Shown: positions 47,935 to 57,015, numbered from the stretch's first letter. The stretch is 64,000 nucleotides of DNA from Patescibacteria group bacterium (GCA_049515915.1 JBEKTP010000004.1:12709-76708); one strand, 5' to 3'. Numbers and translations are program-made. Notes: a model not told the origin generated them from the letters alone.

Positions 47935-48009
47935 GGGCCCATAGCTCAGAGGTAGAGCGTCGCCCTTTTAAGGCGAGCGTCCCGGGTTCGAATCCCGGTG
48001 GGCCCTCCA
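47935..48009 (+). tRNA. tRNA-Lys(TTT)
   Basis: GGGCCCA acceptor, TCGCC-CT-TTT-AA-GGCGA, TTCGAAT, ends T-CCA. Confidence 0.94.
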
Positions 48010-48120
48010 TTTAGAAAGTGGAACTTTTTAGGTGGAGGGAAAAGAATATAAGGACATGAAAGACCATTTTGGGTCTTTTTTGGTGTCAAAGAGGCCTATT
48101 CTTGGTCACTCTCAAAACCG

Positions 48121-48149
48121 TTGATAATTCGGTTGTTTTGTAGTATAGT
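48121..48149 (+). promoter_or_regulatory. Sigma70 promoter of the 48231 gene
   Basis: TTGATA-17 bp-TATAGT. Confidence 0.6.
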
Positions 48150-48230
48150 GTGCTTAGTAGTTTATCTTCTTTCGGCCGATAAACGAGCTTTGCTTAAGCG
48201 AGACTAAGAATCGGCGCAAGGAGAAGGAGA

Positions 48231-48713
48231 ATGTCGATCAGGGTCAAATTCTGCTGGCTGCTCTGCATCATCAACCCAGTTTTGGGTTGGTATTTCGGCT
48301 GGTGGCGACATGGGACAACGGCTATTCTCTGGCTGGCGCTGGAGGGCGCCATTTTGAGCGCGATCGCATATTTACAGCGACGGCCTTGGCTTTCAGAATG
48401 GTACCCCAAAGTTGGGGACCTCGAACGAATTCTCTGGACGATCGGACAGTGCGAGGATTGTGGCATCGGAGTTGAGATGTGCACAATCAAAGCTCGAACT
48501 ACGCCTTTCAACGAGATGTCGTTGGAAAATGGGGTTCAGCGGATCAGGAGGGCTTTGCTCATACTTGAAGATCAGTGTATCAAGTCCGAAGAACGTTTCA
48601 ACCCAAACCCCGGCGGCGAGTGGTATCGGGTTTATCACCTCACCAGTCTTGGCCGGGTACTCTACGAGATCCAGCGCCGCCAACGTCTGGAACGAGAACT
48701 CGAGCGGGTCTAA
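48231..48713 (+). CDS. Membrane-anchored protein with possible PadR-like winged helix
   Basis: SD AAGGAG; hydrophobic N-terminus; C-terminal YRVYHLTSLGR resembles the PadR wing motif. Confidence 0.6.
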   Translation: MSIRVKFCWLLCIINPVLGWYFGWWRHGTTAILWLALEGAILSAIAYLQRRPWLSEWYPKVGDLERILWTIGQCEDCGIGVEMCTIKARTTPFNEMSLENGVQRIRRALLILEDQCIKSEERFNPNPGGEWYRVYHLTSLGRVLYEIQRRQRLERELERV

Positions 48714-48854
48714 CAGATAGACCAGTGTAACGACCTTAAGCCTCTGCGTGGATTTGCCAATCTGGTAAGTCACTTCATGCAGAGGCTGCTGTTTTATATC
48801 TCAATGTTTAAGATAATTTCGGGCGCACTAGGGGAGTCCCGACAAACGTTCCAG

Positions 48855-48912
48855 CCCGCAGGTAAGTTGGCGATTATGTTTCCCATCGCCACCCCTGCGG
48901 GTTCTTTTTTTT
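48855..48912 (+). terminator. Long hairpin with U-tract
   Basis: CCCGCAGG...TGGCGAT...ATCGCCA..CCTGCGGG-TTCTTTTTTT. Confidence 0.65.
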
Positions 48913-49030
48913 ACACGAAAATCAGTTTGGGTTTCATCATCTTCCAATACTCATTATCCTTCAGTAATTTTACAAAAAGGGCGCGAATCCTTTCGGACCG
49001 CGCCCTACGGTTTTCTCACCCCTCCCTTGT

Positions 49031-49846
49031 TCAGATCCGTTTGGCCCAGAGCAGGCCGTGATGCGTGAAAACCAGCCTCTTGACCCGGACCTCGAACCCG
49101 TGACTCTCAAGGAACTGCCGAAGAACGTTTTCATTTCGCCCTTCGTCAATGACATGGAACTCGAGAGCGAGGCGCGAGATGCGCTCCAGTAGTTCTGGCG
49201 GACTTTTGCAGAGGATGTCGTACTCTGCGCCCTCGATGTCCATTTTCAGGAAGTCGATGGTCTCAATCCCGCAACGCTGGAAGACACCCTCGAGCGTGAT
49301 TGACTCCACGCTCATTCTGATCCGGTTCATCGGTAAAACCAGAGAGTGTCCACCATTATTACGAGGGTTGAAAAATAGCTCAACCGCCCCTGCCACATCG
49401 CTGACGGCCAGCTGGAAAGCCTGCACATTTTTGATGTGGTTCAGCGCAAGGTTTTCTTTAAGCAGGCGGTAGTTACTCTCGACTGGCTCGAAGGCGTAAA
49501 CTACCCGTGCTTGTCCAGCGGCCGTTAGGCTAAAGGCGCCGAGGTGAGCGCCAATGTCGACAACAACATCTCCCGGGTTGATTTCGAAGCCGGGGAAATT
49601 GTTGTAGTCCCGCCGCAGGGCAACCTCCAGAACAATGCAACGATCCATCGTATTGCTCCGGGTTTGGATCCGCTGTCCGTTTCTTAAGCGGTAGAGGGTC
49701 ATCAACACCCTTTTCCGCTTAAGAAGATTGAGAAAGTAGTCAGGCCAGTTGACCAAACCAGCAATAGGAATGAAGAAGTCCAGCGGCGGAGGGACAAAGG
49801 AGTATTCGCCGCGCCGTACGCTGCTCGCAATGCGCTTGATGTTCAA
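49031..49846 (-). CDS. FkbM family methyltransferase
   Basis: VDIGAHLG, AFEP, KMDIEGAE, LEFH; likely TTG start after AAGGAGG (ORF track starts at 49891). Confidence 0.9.
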   Translation of the reverse strand: MNIKRIASSVRRGEYSFVPPPLDFFIPIAGLVNWPDYFLNLLKRKRVLMTLYRLRNGQRIQTRSNTMDRCIVLEVALRRDYNNFPGFEINPGDVVVDIGAHLGAFSLTAAGQARVVYAFEPVESNYRLLKENLALNHIKNVQAFQLAVSDVAGAVELFFNPRNNGGHSLVLPMNRIRMSVESITLEGVFQRCGIETIDFLKMDIEGAEYDILCKSPPELLERISRLALEFHVIDEGRNENVLRQFLESHGFEVRVKRLVFTHHGLLWAKRI

Positions 49847-50114
49847 TCTCTGTCTCCTCCTTGGGTAACAGTGTGATATAAATTGAACCATTCATAATAT
49901 GATAAAAAGATCGAAAAGTCAATAGGGGCTTTTCGCTTAGATACTTTAGTAACTTGACACGTAGGGGTTTGTAGAGAGAGGGGACATCCCATCCACGTCA
50001 CGGCCCCCTTGATACTCCAGTAAGTTTATAGTACTATGTAATACCAGCTTAATAGAACAACAAATCTGATTGGACCTTCACAACAACCGCCCAAAGGCGA
50101 GAAAGGAAAAAGGT

Positions 50115-50735
50115 GTGAGCCGACGTATCGGGAAAGCACTCGTGGGCCTGATCGTCATCTGCGGACTCGTAATCGCAGAGCTTTCCAAGCGACTACTTCA
50201 CTACAAGTACTTTGCTCTTTTTCTTTTTAAGCTGCCTAGCGGACCGTCGTACATGGTTGTCACTGGTTCATTGGCAGCAGCAAAGATCTTGGATTTTTGG
50301 ACTGCTTATCTCGTCATTGTTATCGGCGATCTGACGGGCGACACTTTTTACTACTGCGTGGGCCGCTGGGGTGGCTTACGTTTTCTGAAGAGATGGGGCC
50401 AGTATATCTGGCTCGATCCGAAAAGGGTCGACCATCTAAAGTCCCGTTTTGCAAGTCATGGTGGCAAAATCTTGCTTTTCGGGAAGTTTACTCAGATTTT
50501 CGGTGCCGTGATCTTGGCTGCGGCTGGTGTTGCCGAGATGTCTTACTTACGGTTTCTGCTGTATAACCTCTTGGCGACCTTGCCAAAGACGCTCTTTTTT
50601 CTACTGATCGGTTTCTACTGTTTTCAGGCATATCCCAGGATCCACCGTTATTCTGGATGTGCCGCAGCGGTCTTTATCCTTTTGACCATCCTGGTCATCT
50701 GGATCGCTAAGCGGAAGAACCGAGAGTTCGCTTAA
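50115..50735 (+). CDS. DedA family membrane protein
   Basis: GDLTGD..YY.VGRWGG, HGGKILLFGKF, AAGVAEM...FL.YN; probable GTG start at 50115. Confidence 0.88.
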   Translation: MSRRIGKALVGLIVICGLVIAELSKRLLHYKYFALFLFKLPSGPSYMVVTGSLAAAKILDFWTAYLVIVIGDLTGDTFYYCVGRWGGLRFLKRWGQYIWLDPKRVDHLKSRFASHGGKILLFGKFTQIFGAVILAAAGVAEMSYLRFLLYNLLATLPKTLFFLLIGFYCFQAYPRIHRYSGCAAAVFILLTILVIWIAKRKNREFA

Positions 50736-50737
50736 CT

Positions 50738-50766
50738 ATGGCCGGGAGCCAAAAGTTTCCGGCCAT
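50738..50766 (+). terminator. Hairpin after the dedA-like gene
   Basis: ATGGCCGGGA-GCCAAAAG-TTTCCGGCCAT. Confidence 0.5.
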
Positions 50767-50850
50767 TCGCATATCTAAAAAACACCTAATGGAAGATTTT
50801 CAATTGACTTCTATCTCAAGAAGGAATATAACGGAGGCGAAAGGACCACG

Positions 50851-50991
50851 ATGCAAACTTTTAAATTAACTTTTGCCATCATCGCTGTTATTGTTTATAT
50901 TTTAATCTATCCTCACCTCATTAATCGCTGCAAATTTTATCTTAATCAGCAACAAACTCTGATCCAACAACTAACAAGCAGTAATGGTTAA
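50851..50991 (+). CDS. Small single-TM protein (46 aa)
   Basis: AAGGA SD then MQTFKLTFAIIAVIVYILIYPHL...QQLTSSNG*; below the ORF-track cutoff. Confidence 0.5.
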   Translation: MQTFKLTFAIIAVIVYILIYPHLINRCKFYLNQQQTLIQQLTSSNG

Positions 50992-51010
50992 AATTTAAGA
51001 TTTTTTCTTT
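50963..51010 (+). repeat. Left copy of a ~48-bp direct repeat
   Basis: tccaacaactaacaagcagtaatggttaaaatttaagattttttcttt; matches 52220-52268 with one substitution and one indel. Confidence 0.9.
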
Positions 51011-51091
51011 GTTAAATACCGCTCGCGTTGGCCTTCAGCCCCAATTTGTAAATGTTGTAATAATATACTACAATTGTTGTAAGATTAAACA

Positions 51092-51667
51092 ATGACAAAC
51101 TTTTTAGAAATCACCAGATCTAAACTCCGGCGTAAACTTATGGCTTATTTTTATACGAACACGGAAAGTAAGCTCTATTTGCGCGAGATTGCTTCCATTC
51201 TTAGGGAAGATGCTGGTAATCTTTCAAAAGAACTTTCCCATCTTGAAGAAGAAGGGATCTTTATTGCAGAAATGCGTGGAAATCAGAAATATTTTTCTCT
51301 CAATCTAAATTATCCTTTGTATAAGGAATTAAAATCAATTATTTTTAAAACGATCGGGATCGAAGGTTCTTTAAAAACAACACTAAGAAAGATCAACGGC
51401 ATCAGGATTGCCTTTATTTATGGTTCCTTTGCCTCCGATAAACAGAATGGTCTCTCCGATATAGACTTGGCAATTATTGGTAAAATTAATGAAAATGGAT
51501 TATTAAAAGAAATTAATAAATTAGAAAAAATTTTGGATAGAGAAATTAATTATACGCTTTATTCTGAAACAGACTGGGATCGAATGAAAAAAATGAAAGA
51601 TACATTTACGGCTAATATTTTTGATGAGCCTAAAATAATGTTAATTGGAGGAGAAAATGAACTTTGA
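51092..51667 (+). CDS. HTH-fused minimal nucleotidyltransferase (MNT antitoxin)
   Basis: N-terminal wHTH (YLREIA...LSKEL..LEEEGI); YGSFAS...SDIDL. Confidence 0.88.
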   Translation: MTNFLEITRSKLRRKLMAYFYTNTESKLYLREIASILREDAGNLSKELSHLEEEGIFIAEMRGNQKYFSLNLNYPLYKELKSIIFKTIGIEGSLKTTLRKINGIRIAFIYGSFASDKQNGLSDIDLAIIGKINENGLLKEINKLEKILDREINYTLYSETDWDRMKKMKDTFTANIFDEPKIMLIGGENEL

Positions 51668-52112
51668 TGATTTAGTGAAAAAGGAGAGCTTAAAGAAAGT
51701 TTCACGAATTGATTGGCAGATGATATCACGCTTAATTAAACGCGCCAAAAAAGATCTTAAAACGGCCAAAAAGAATTTAAACGATGATGAACCAACCGCT
51801 TTAGATTTAGTCTATAAGTCGATGTTCCATGCAGCTAATGCGTTAATTCAGTCGCAAGGGTACCGGCCAGGCAAAGTTCGCCAACATATTGGAGTAATCG
51901 AAGCTATAGAAAGAACTCTAGGGGTTGAAACTAGACCGATGATTAGAAAATTTGATCGTTTAAGACAAAAGAGAAATGAATTTGAATATCAGGGACTTTA
52001 TCGAGGAACAAAGACAGAAATTATAAATGGATTTCATGACGCAGAATTATTAATAGAAAAAATTGAAGAGTATATTTACTTAAAAAATCTGCAAAAGAAG
52101 TTTAAGCTTTAA
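51657..52112 (+). CDS. HEPN domain protein (putative toxin)
   Basis: YKSMFHAANAL, H, RQKRNEFEY; overlaps the MNT gene. Confidence 0.85.
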   Translation: MNFDDLVKKESLKKVSRIDWQMISRLIKRAKKDLKTAKKNLNDDEPTALDLVYKSMFHAANALIQSQGYRPGKVRQHIGVIEAIERTLGVETRPMIRKFDRLRQKRNEFEYQGLYRGTKTEIINGFHDAELLIEKIEEYIYLKNLQKKFKL

Positions 52113-52219
52113 TGCTAATCGCTTTTTAATCATCGAAGAATCAAATTAAAACTATCCGAATCATAATTTTTGAAGATGATTTGAAAACATCAGCCATGAG
52201 TGTCTCATTCTTGAAATTT

Positions 52220-52268
52220 TCCAACAACTAACAAACAGTAATGGTTAAAATTTAAGAATTTTTTCTTT
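52220..52268 (+). repeat. Right copy of the ~48-bp direct repeat
   Basis: tccaacaactaacaaacagtaatggttaaaatttaagaattttttcttt. Confidence 0.9.
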
Positions 52269-52294
52269 TCGGCCTCGTTTTTTAGCATTATTTT

Positions 52295-54028
52295 TTATCT
52301 TTTGAGTATCTCCATAAAAACGTTATCCGGAATCTCCACCCGGCCAAGCTGCTTCATTTTTTTCTTGCCCTTGGCTTGTTTCTTTAAAAGTTTATCTTTG
52401 CGCGTTCTATCGCCGCCGTAAAGTTTAGCAATAACGTCTTTTCTCAACGCCGAAATATCTTCGCGGGCTAAAATTTTTCCGCCAACCGCAACTTGAATGG
52501 AAACTTCAAAAAGCTGTTTTGGAATTAATTCTTTAAACATCAAAGCCAGTTTTTTAGCCTCGGCTTGGGCGCGGGAGTGGGGGACAATGCGGGAAAATTC
52601 CGACACTTTATCGCCAGCGATAATGACATCGAGCTTGACTAAATCCGACTCCCGATAGCCGATCATTTCATAATTTTGCGACGCATATCCTTGCGAAACA
52701 GATTTAAGCTTGTCATAAAAATCAACGATAATTTCGCCCAGCGGCGCTTCGTATGCCAAAATAACCCGGCCGTGAGAATCGCCCAAGTATTTTGTATCCT
52801 TGTAAATCGCTCGCCGTGACTGGACTAACCCCATCACCGGTCCCAAATATTGGTTCGGGGTGATAATTTCCAAATTCACCCACGGTTCTTTGTAAAGTAC
52901 GTGAGTACCAGAGGAATCGATCTCGTAGGCCACCTGCGGCTGGGTGATGATTAAATCTAAATTATATTCGCGCTCCAACCGTTCCTTAACAATTTCCATA
53001 TGTAATAATCCCAAAAATCCGCAGCGGAATCCCTGACCGAAACTTTGGGAAGATTCCGGCGTAAAACTTAAACTGGAATCATTTAAAGCCAGTTTTTCGA
53101 GGGCTTTCCGTAGAATAGCCGGGTCGTCGCCCTGAGTGTAGAAACTGGCGTAAACAAACGGCGTCGGAATTTTAAAACCCGGGATAGGGGAGACTGATTC
53201 GGGGGAGTCTGTTGAAATGGTGTCGCCGACTTTAATTTCACTGATGTCTTTGGCGCCGGTGACAATGTAACCGATCTCCCCTGCCCGCAGAACATTTTTT
53301 GGACTATATTTTAACTTAAACTCCCCGACTTCGGAAGCGGCCTCTATTTTTCCGGTCCCTAAAAATTTTATCTTATCGGCTCCTCGCAGTTCCCCTTCAA
53401 AAACCCGAACATAGGCAATAGCGCCCCGGAAATCATTAAAGACGGAATCAAAAATCAAAGCCTTTAAGCGGCTCCCTTCCTCCCCTGTTGGCGCCGGCAC
53501 ATCCTTGATAATCGCGTCTAAAATCTCGGCGACGCCTTCGCCCGTTTTAGCCGAACAAGTTAGAATTTCACTTTCATCAATATTGAGTAAATCCGAAAGT
53601 TCTTTTTTAGACTCTTCTACCCTCGCCCCAGGTAAATCGATTTTATTAATTACCGGAATGATTTTTAAATTATGAGTTTGGGCGATATGTAAATTGGCTA
53701 AAGTTTGGGCCTGAATACCTTTACTTGCATCAACAAGCAAAACTGCTCCCTCCACGGCTGCCAGCGATCTTGAGACTTCGTATGAAAAATCCACGTGGCC
53801 GGGAGTGTCGATCAAATTTAAAGCATAATCTTTGTATCTCATCGTCACCGGCTGAAGCTTGATCGTGATCCCCCGCTCCCGCTCAAGATCCATCGTATCG
53901 AGCATCTGCGGTTTGATTTTGTCAGCCGCAACAGTGCCAGTTTTCTCCAGCATCCGATCAGCTAAAGTCGATTTACCATGATCGATATGACTGATGATAC
54001 AAAAATTTCTAATATTTTTTTGGTTCAT
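52295..54028 (-). CDS. lepA: Elongation factor 4 (LepA)
   Basis: IRNFCIISHIDHGKSTLADR, GFRCGFLGLLH, YGGD.TRK.KLL.KQ. Confidence 0.98.
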   Translation of the reverse strand: MNQKNIRNFCIISHIDHGKSTLADRMLEKTGTVAADKIKPQMLDTMDLERERGITIKLQPVTMRYKDYALNLIDTPGHVDFSYEVSRSLAAVEGAVLLVDASKGIQAQTLANLHIAQTHNLKIIPVINKIDLPGARVEESKKELSDLLNIDESEILTCSAKTGEGVAEILDAIIKDVPAPTGEEGSRLKALIFDSVFNDFRGAIAYVRVFEGELRGADKIKFLGTGKIEAASEVGEFKLKYSPKNVLRAGEIGYIVTGAKDISEIKVGDTISTDSPESVSPIPGFKIPTPFVYASFYTQGDDPAILRKALEKLALNDSSLSFTPESSQSFGQGFRCGFLGLLHMEIVKERLEREYNLDLIITQPQVAYEIDSSGTHVLYKEPWVNLEIITPNQYLGPVMGLVQSRRAIYKDTKYLGDSHGRVILAYEAPLGEIIVDFYDKLKSVSQGYASQNYEMIGYRESDLVKLDVIIAGDKVSEFSRIVPHSRAQAEAKKLALMFKELIPKQLFEVSIQVAVGGKILAREDISALRKDVIAKLYGGDRTRKDKLLKKQAKGKKKMKQLGRVEIPDNVFMEILKR

Positions 54029-54135
54029 AATGCGTTGTAATTTGAGATAAATTCTCTCGCGTAAATAATCTTAACGCCACGAAATTCCTTAAGCGGTAGA
54101 AAATAATAAATGTTGGTATCTAAAACAACTCTCGT
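54025..54135 (-). pseudogene. Internally deleted PIN-domain (VapC-like) toxin relic
   Basis: ACG (lost ATG) then RVVLDTNIY joined directly to FLPLKEFRGVKIIYAREF: the first and last motifs of a PIN toxin in 36 codons. Confidence 0.7.
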
Positions 54136-54371
54136 TAATGTCTTAATGAATCAACCATTTTTTCGATATCGTTTTCTCTTTTGACGCCTTGTTTCCTTGC
54201 TCGTAAAACAAGATCTTTTTGTAAAACTTGCCAATTATCTTTAGTCTGGATATACATCAAAGTTGCTTCTTTCAAAAGCTCTGAACGGCTGCGATATTCT
54301 TCCTCGGCTTTGCGGTCGATTTCTTTAAGAAGCTCATCTGGCAAAGAAACATTAATCGTTTTTACGCTCAT
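54135..54371 (-). CDS. CopG/ribbon-helix-helix protein (putative antitoxin)
   Basis: INVSLPDELLKEID..A....RSRSELLKEA. Confidence 0.88.
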   Translation of the reverse strand: MSVKTINVSLPDELLKEIDRKAEEEYRSRSELLKEATLMYIQTKDNWQVLQKDLVLRARKQGVKRENDIEKMVDSLRH

Positions 54372-54448
54372 CTAAACTCCTTCCAACAATAATTGTTGAT
54401 ACTGTCAAGCAAAATAATCCAAAAAAATACGAATGTTATCGAGAACCA

Positions 54449-55876
54449 TTATTTCGATTCCTTAATCATCTTGATCGCTTCTTGGCGTGTCGAGATTTGA
54501 CCGTCTAAATAAGCTTGCTCAATTTTTGTCTTTATCTCCCCCACTTTCGGCCCGGGCGAAATTTTTAAAATATCCATAATATCTTTGCCAGTAATTAAAG
54601 TAAAGTTTTTAACTTGGACTTTTTCTTCCTCGGAAATTTTTTTGGCAATTTCCTTTCGGAGCTTGATCGCATTCTCGTACATCGATAAATTCGCCCCGCC
54701 ATCTTTTCGGACGCTCGCCAAAAGATCGGCCCGGGTATGTTCGAGCAAAAGATCAATATTGGGATTCATAAAAATTTGTTGCTTTTTTCGATCGCTCATA
54801 TTGCCAAAGGCGTGAATTATCCGCATATGCTGGGCAATCGACCAGGTCACTTTTTCGATAAAGTCGCTGGAAAACTTCAGCCGTTCTAAAATTTCCTGCG
54901 CTTTACGAGCGCTTAAAACGTCATGTTCAAAGAAAGTAATTTTACTTTTGGGATGATCGCGAAATCCTTGCGTTTCGGGCTTGGCAATATCATGCAGTAA
55001 AACCGTCCAGGCCAATTCTTCACTGCATAAATCCGGCAGCTGTTCCAACGCCAGCATTGTGTGAGCCCAGACATCGCCTTCGCTGTGAAATTCCGGCGGC
55101 TGAGCCACGCCTTTTAACAATTCCAGTTCGGGCAAAATATGTTTGAGAATGCCCAGCTCATCGAGCAATTCAATCGCCTTGACCCGATTTTTATTGATTA
55201 AAATTTTGGAAAGTTCGTCTCGAATCCGTTCGGCGGAAATCTTCTCAATCTTTTTAGCAAAGAGCTTAATCGCCTCACTCCCCTTTTTATCAAGGGCAAA
55301 CCCAAACCGGGTGGCAAAGCGCACGGCGCGCAACATTCTTAAATAATCTTCGGCAATTCGCTCATTCGGATCACCGATAAATCTTAACTTTTTATTTTTA
55401 AGATCCTCGACTCCCCCGACATAGTCGATAATTTGTTGATTTTTCGGATCGTAAAATAAACCGTTAATGGTAAAATCGCGACGCTGGGCATCCCGCTTGG
55501 CGTCAACAAATTCGATCTTTCTAGGGTGCCGATGATCAGCAATGCCCAAATCAGACCGAAAAGTGGCAATCTCAAATTCATGATCGTCAAAAATTACCGC
55601 CATCACCCCAAACTGCTTGCCGCGATCGTAGCTTTTTGGAAATATTTTTTTGACTTCAAGAGGTTTAGCGGCCGTCACAATATCGATATCGTGCGCCGTA
55701 ATATTTAATAATTCGTCTCGTACGGCCCCGCCGGCGAAGTAGGTTTCATAACTGGCATTTTTAAGTTTATTTAAAATATTAACCGCTTTTTCCTCTTCCT
55801 TGGTCAGCGGCCTTAGAATTTTAAACTCGTAAATTTTTGCTCCGTCTTTTTTCTTAATGAGCTTTAAACTATCCAT
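54449..55876 (-). CDS. cca: CCA tRNA nucleotidyltransferase with HD domain
   Basis: GGAVRD..DID, RRDFTIN, EDYLRMLRA.RF, LHDIAK, PGP.VG. Confidence 0.9.
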   Translation of the reverse strand: MDSLKLIKKKDGAKIYEFKILRPLTKEEEKAVNILNKLKNASYETYFAGGAVRDELLNITAHDIDIVTAAKPLEVKKIFPKSYDRGKQFGVMAVIFDDHEFEIATFRSDLGIADHRHPRKIEFVDAKRDAQRRDFTINGLFYDPKNQQIIDYVGGVEDLKNKKLRFIGDPNERIAEDYLRMLRAVRFATRFGFALDKKGSEAIKLFAKKIEKISAERIRDELSKILINKNRVKAIELLDELGILKHILPELELLKGVAQPPEFHSEGDVWAHTMLALEQLPDLCSEELAWTVLLHDIAKPETQGFRDHPKSKITFFEHDVLSARKAQEILERLKFSSDFIEKVTWSIAQHMRIIHAFGNMSDRKKQQIFMNPNIDLLLEHTRADLLASVRKDGGANLSMYENAIKLRKEIAKKISEEEKVQVKNFTLITGKDIMDILKISPGPKVGEIKTKIEQAYLDGQISTRQEAIKMIKESK

Positions 55877-55922
55877 ACACTAATTTTATCACAATTTAAC
55901 CTCATCGTCGATTAAAAATACC

Positions 55923-55951
55923 TTGACGAACTTATCTTATAATGTTATTGT
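55923..55951 (+). promoter_or_regulatory. Sigma70 promoter upstream of the Cys-rich peptide gene
   Basis: TTGACG-17 bp (ending TGT)-TATTGT. Confidence 0.55.
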
Positions 55952-56075
55952 TGGATTATACGCTTCATCGCAAAAAGGAGGCAAGCCTATTGCGTCATAC
56001 CAACCCTATCTTACGACCAGCAGTAGGAATTTCCGCAGTAGTAGTACCACAGAATATCCACAAGGAGCCAGGGCC

Positions 56076-56252
56076 ATGGGCAAAAAGGCAACGTTGACCG
56101 TCGGACCAGACACGAAGGTGGTTGTGAAGTACTGCGCCGGCACCTGCGAGCCGAAGCTGTGCGTCGAGGAGATCTGCTGCAAGCCGGCCGAAGCCGCCGC
56201 TGGCGGCGAGTGCACGGAAAAGAAGGAAGGCGCCTGCGCCGAGAAGAAGTAG
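56076..56252 (+). CDS. Small Cys-rich protein (58 aa, 7 Cys)
   Basis: SD AAGGAG; MGKKATLTVGPDTKVVVKYCAGTCEPKLCVEEICCKPAEAAAGGECTEKKEGACAEKK; strong G/C bias at codon position 3. Confidence 0.7.
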   Translation: MGKKATLTVGPDTKVVVKYCAGTCEPKLCVEEICCKPAEAAAGGECTEKKEGACAEKK

Positions 56253-56303
56253 ACTCGACCCGCAAGGAAGTCTATATCAGTCCGCAGTCGCAAGTAAACA
56301 TCA

Positions 56304-56370
56304 AGGGCCGCCCTCCTTGGGCGGCTCCGCTATGGTACCGGCCGCGTCCTCACCGATGCGGCCATTTTCT
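56304..56370 (+). terminator. Two GC-rich hairpins after the Cys-rich gene
   Basis: GGCCGCCC-TCCTT-GGGCGGCT and GGCCGCGTC-CTCACC-GATGCGGCC-ATTTTCT. Confidence 0.55.
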
Positions 56371-57015
56371 TTAGAGCTCAGTAATCTTTTTTGCTAAAAT
56401 CACAATAATTTTTTCATCGTTTTCATAGCGGTCATAACCTAGATCGGTCAGTAAGAGTTCAAATCCGGCATCAATAACTAATTGTTCCAATTCATCTTTT
56501 TGGAAAAATGTTTCGAACATCTCGAACGACTGATCCAAACTTTCTTTTTCAACGATCTCGCCTTCACCTTGCTTGGTAGAAATAAATAAGACACCATTCT
56601 TTTTAAGAATCTGATGAATCTTATGGAGCAATGAAGGAATTTCATTTCTTTTTAAATGCAATAAAACAAAAGAACATCTCACACCATCAAAACTATTTTC
56701 AAGAAATTTGATTTTTCTTAAATCCTGCTTGATAAATTTTGCCTTAGGGGCAACTTTTTTGGCAATGGCGAGCATATTTTCTGAAAAATCAACTCCCGTA
56801 ACCTTGTATCCCTTTTCGCTAAAAAATTTACTGTCTCGACCTGACCCGCAACCCAAATCCAAAATTCTCGCCTTTTTCGGCAATAAATTCATAAATTCTT
56901 TCGAGAACTTTAAAAAGAATTCCGAATATTCGCTGTAACGCTCGTGATATTTATCAGCAATTTTATCGTAAGTATTTTGAACTAATTTATGAACATCAAC
57001 GTTAACTTTTTTCAT
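56371..57015 (-). CDS. Class I SAM-dependent methyltransferase
   Basis: ILDLGCGSGRD, GVDFS, LKKNG. Confidence 0.92.
   Translation of the reverse strand: MKKVNVDVHKLVQNTYDKIADKYHERYSEYSEFFLKFSKEFMNLLPKKARILDLGCGSGRDSKFFSEKGYKVTGVDFSENMLAIAKKVAPKAKFIKQDLRKIKFLENSFDGVRCSFVLLHLKRNEIPSLLHKIHQILKKNGVLFISTKQGEGEIVEKESLDQSFEMFETFFQKDELEQLVIDAGFELLLTDLGYDRYENDEKIIVILAKKITEL

Noticed and set aside
48010-52290. Integrative island at the tRNA-Lys 3' end
   Set aside because: Accessory genes follow the tRNA, but no integrase and no duplicated tRNA 3' end were found.
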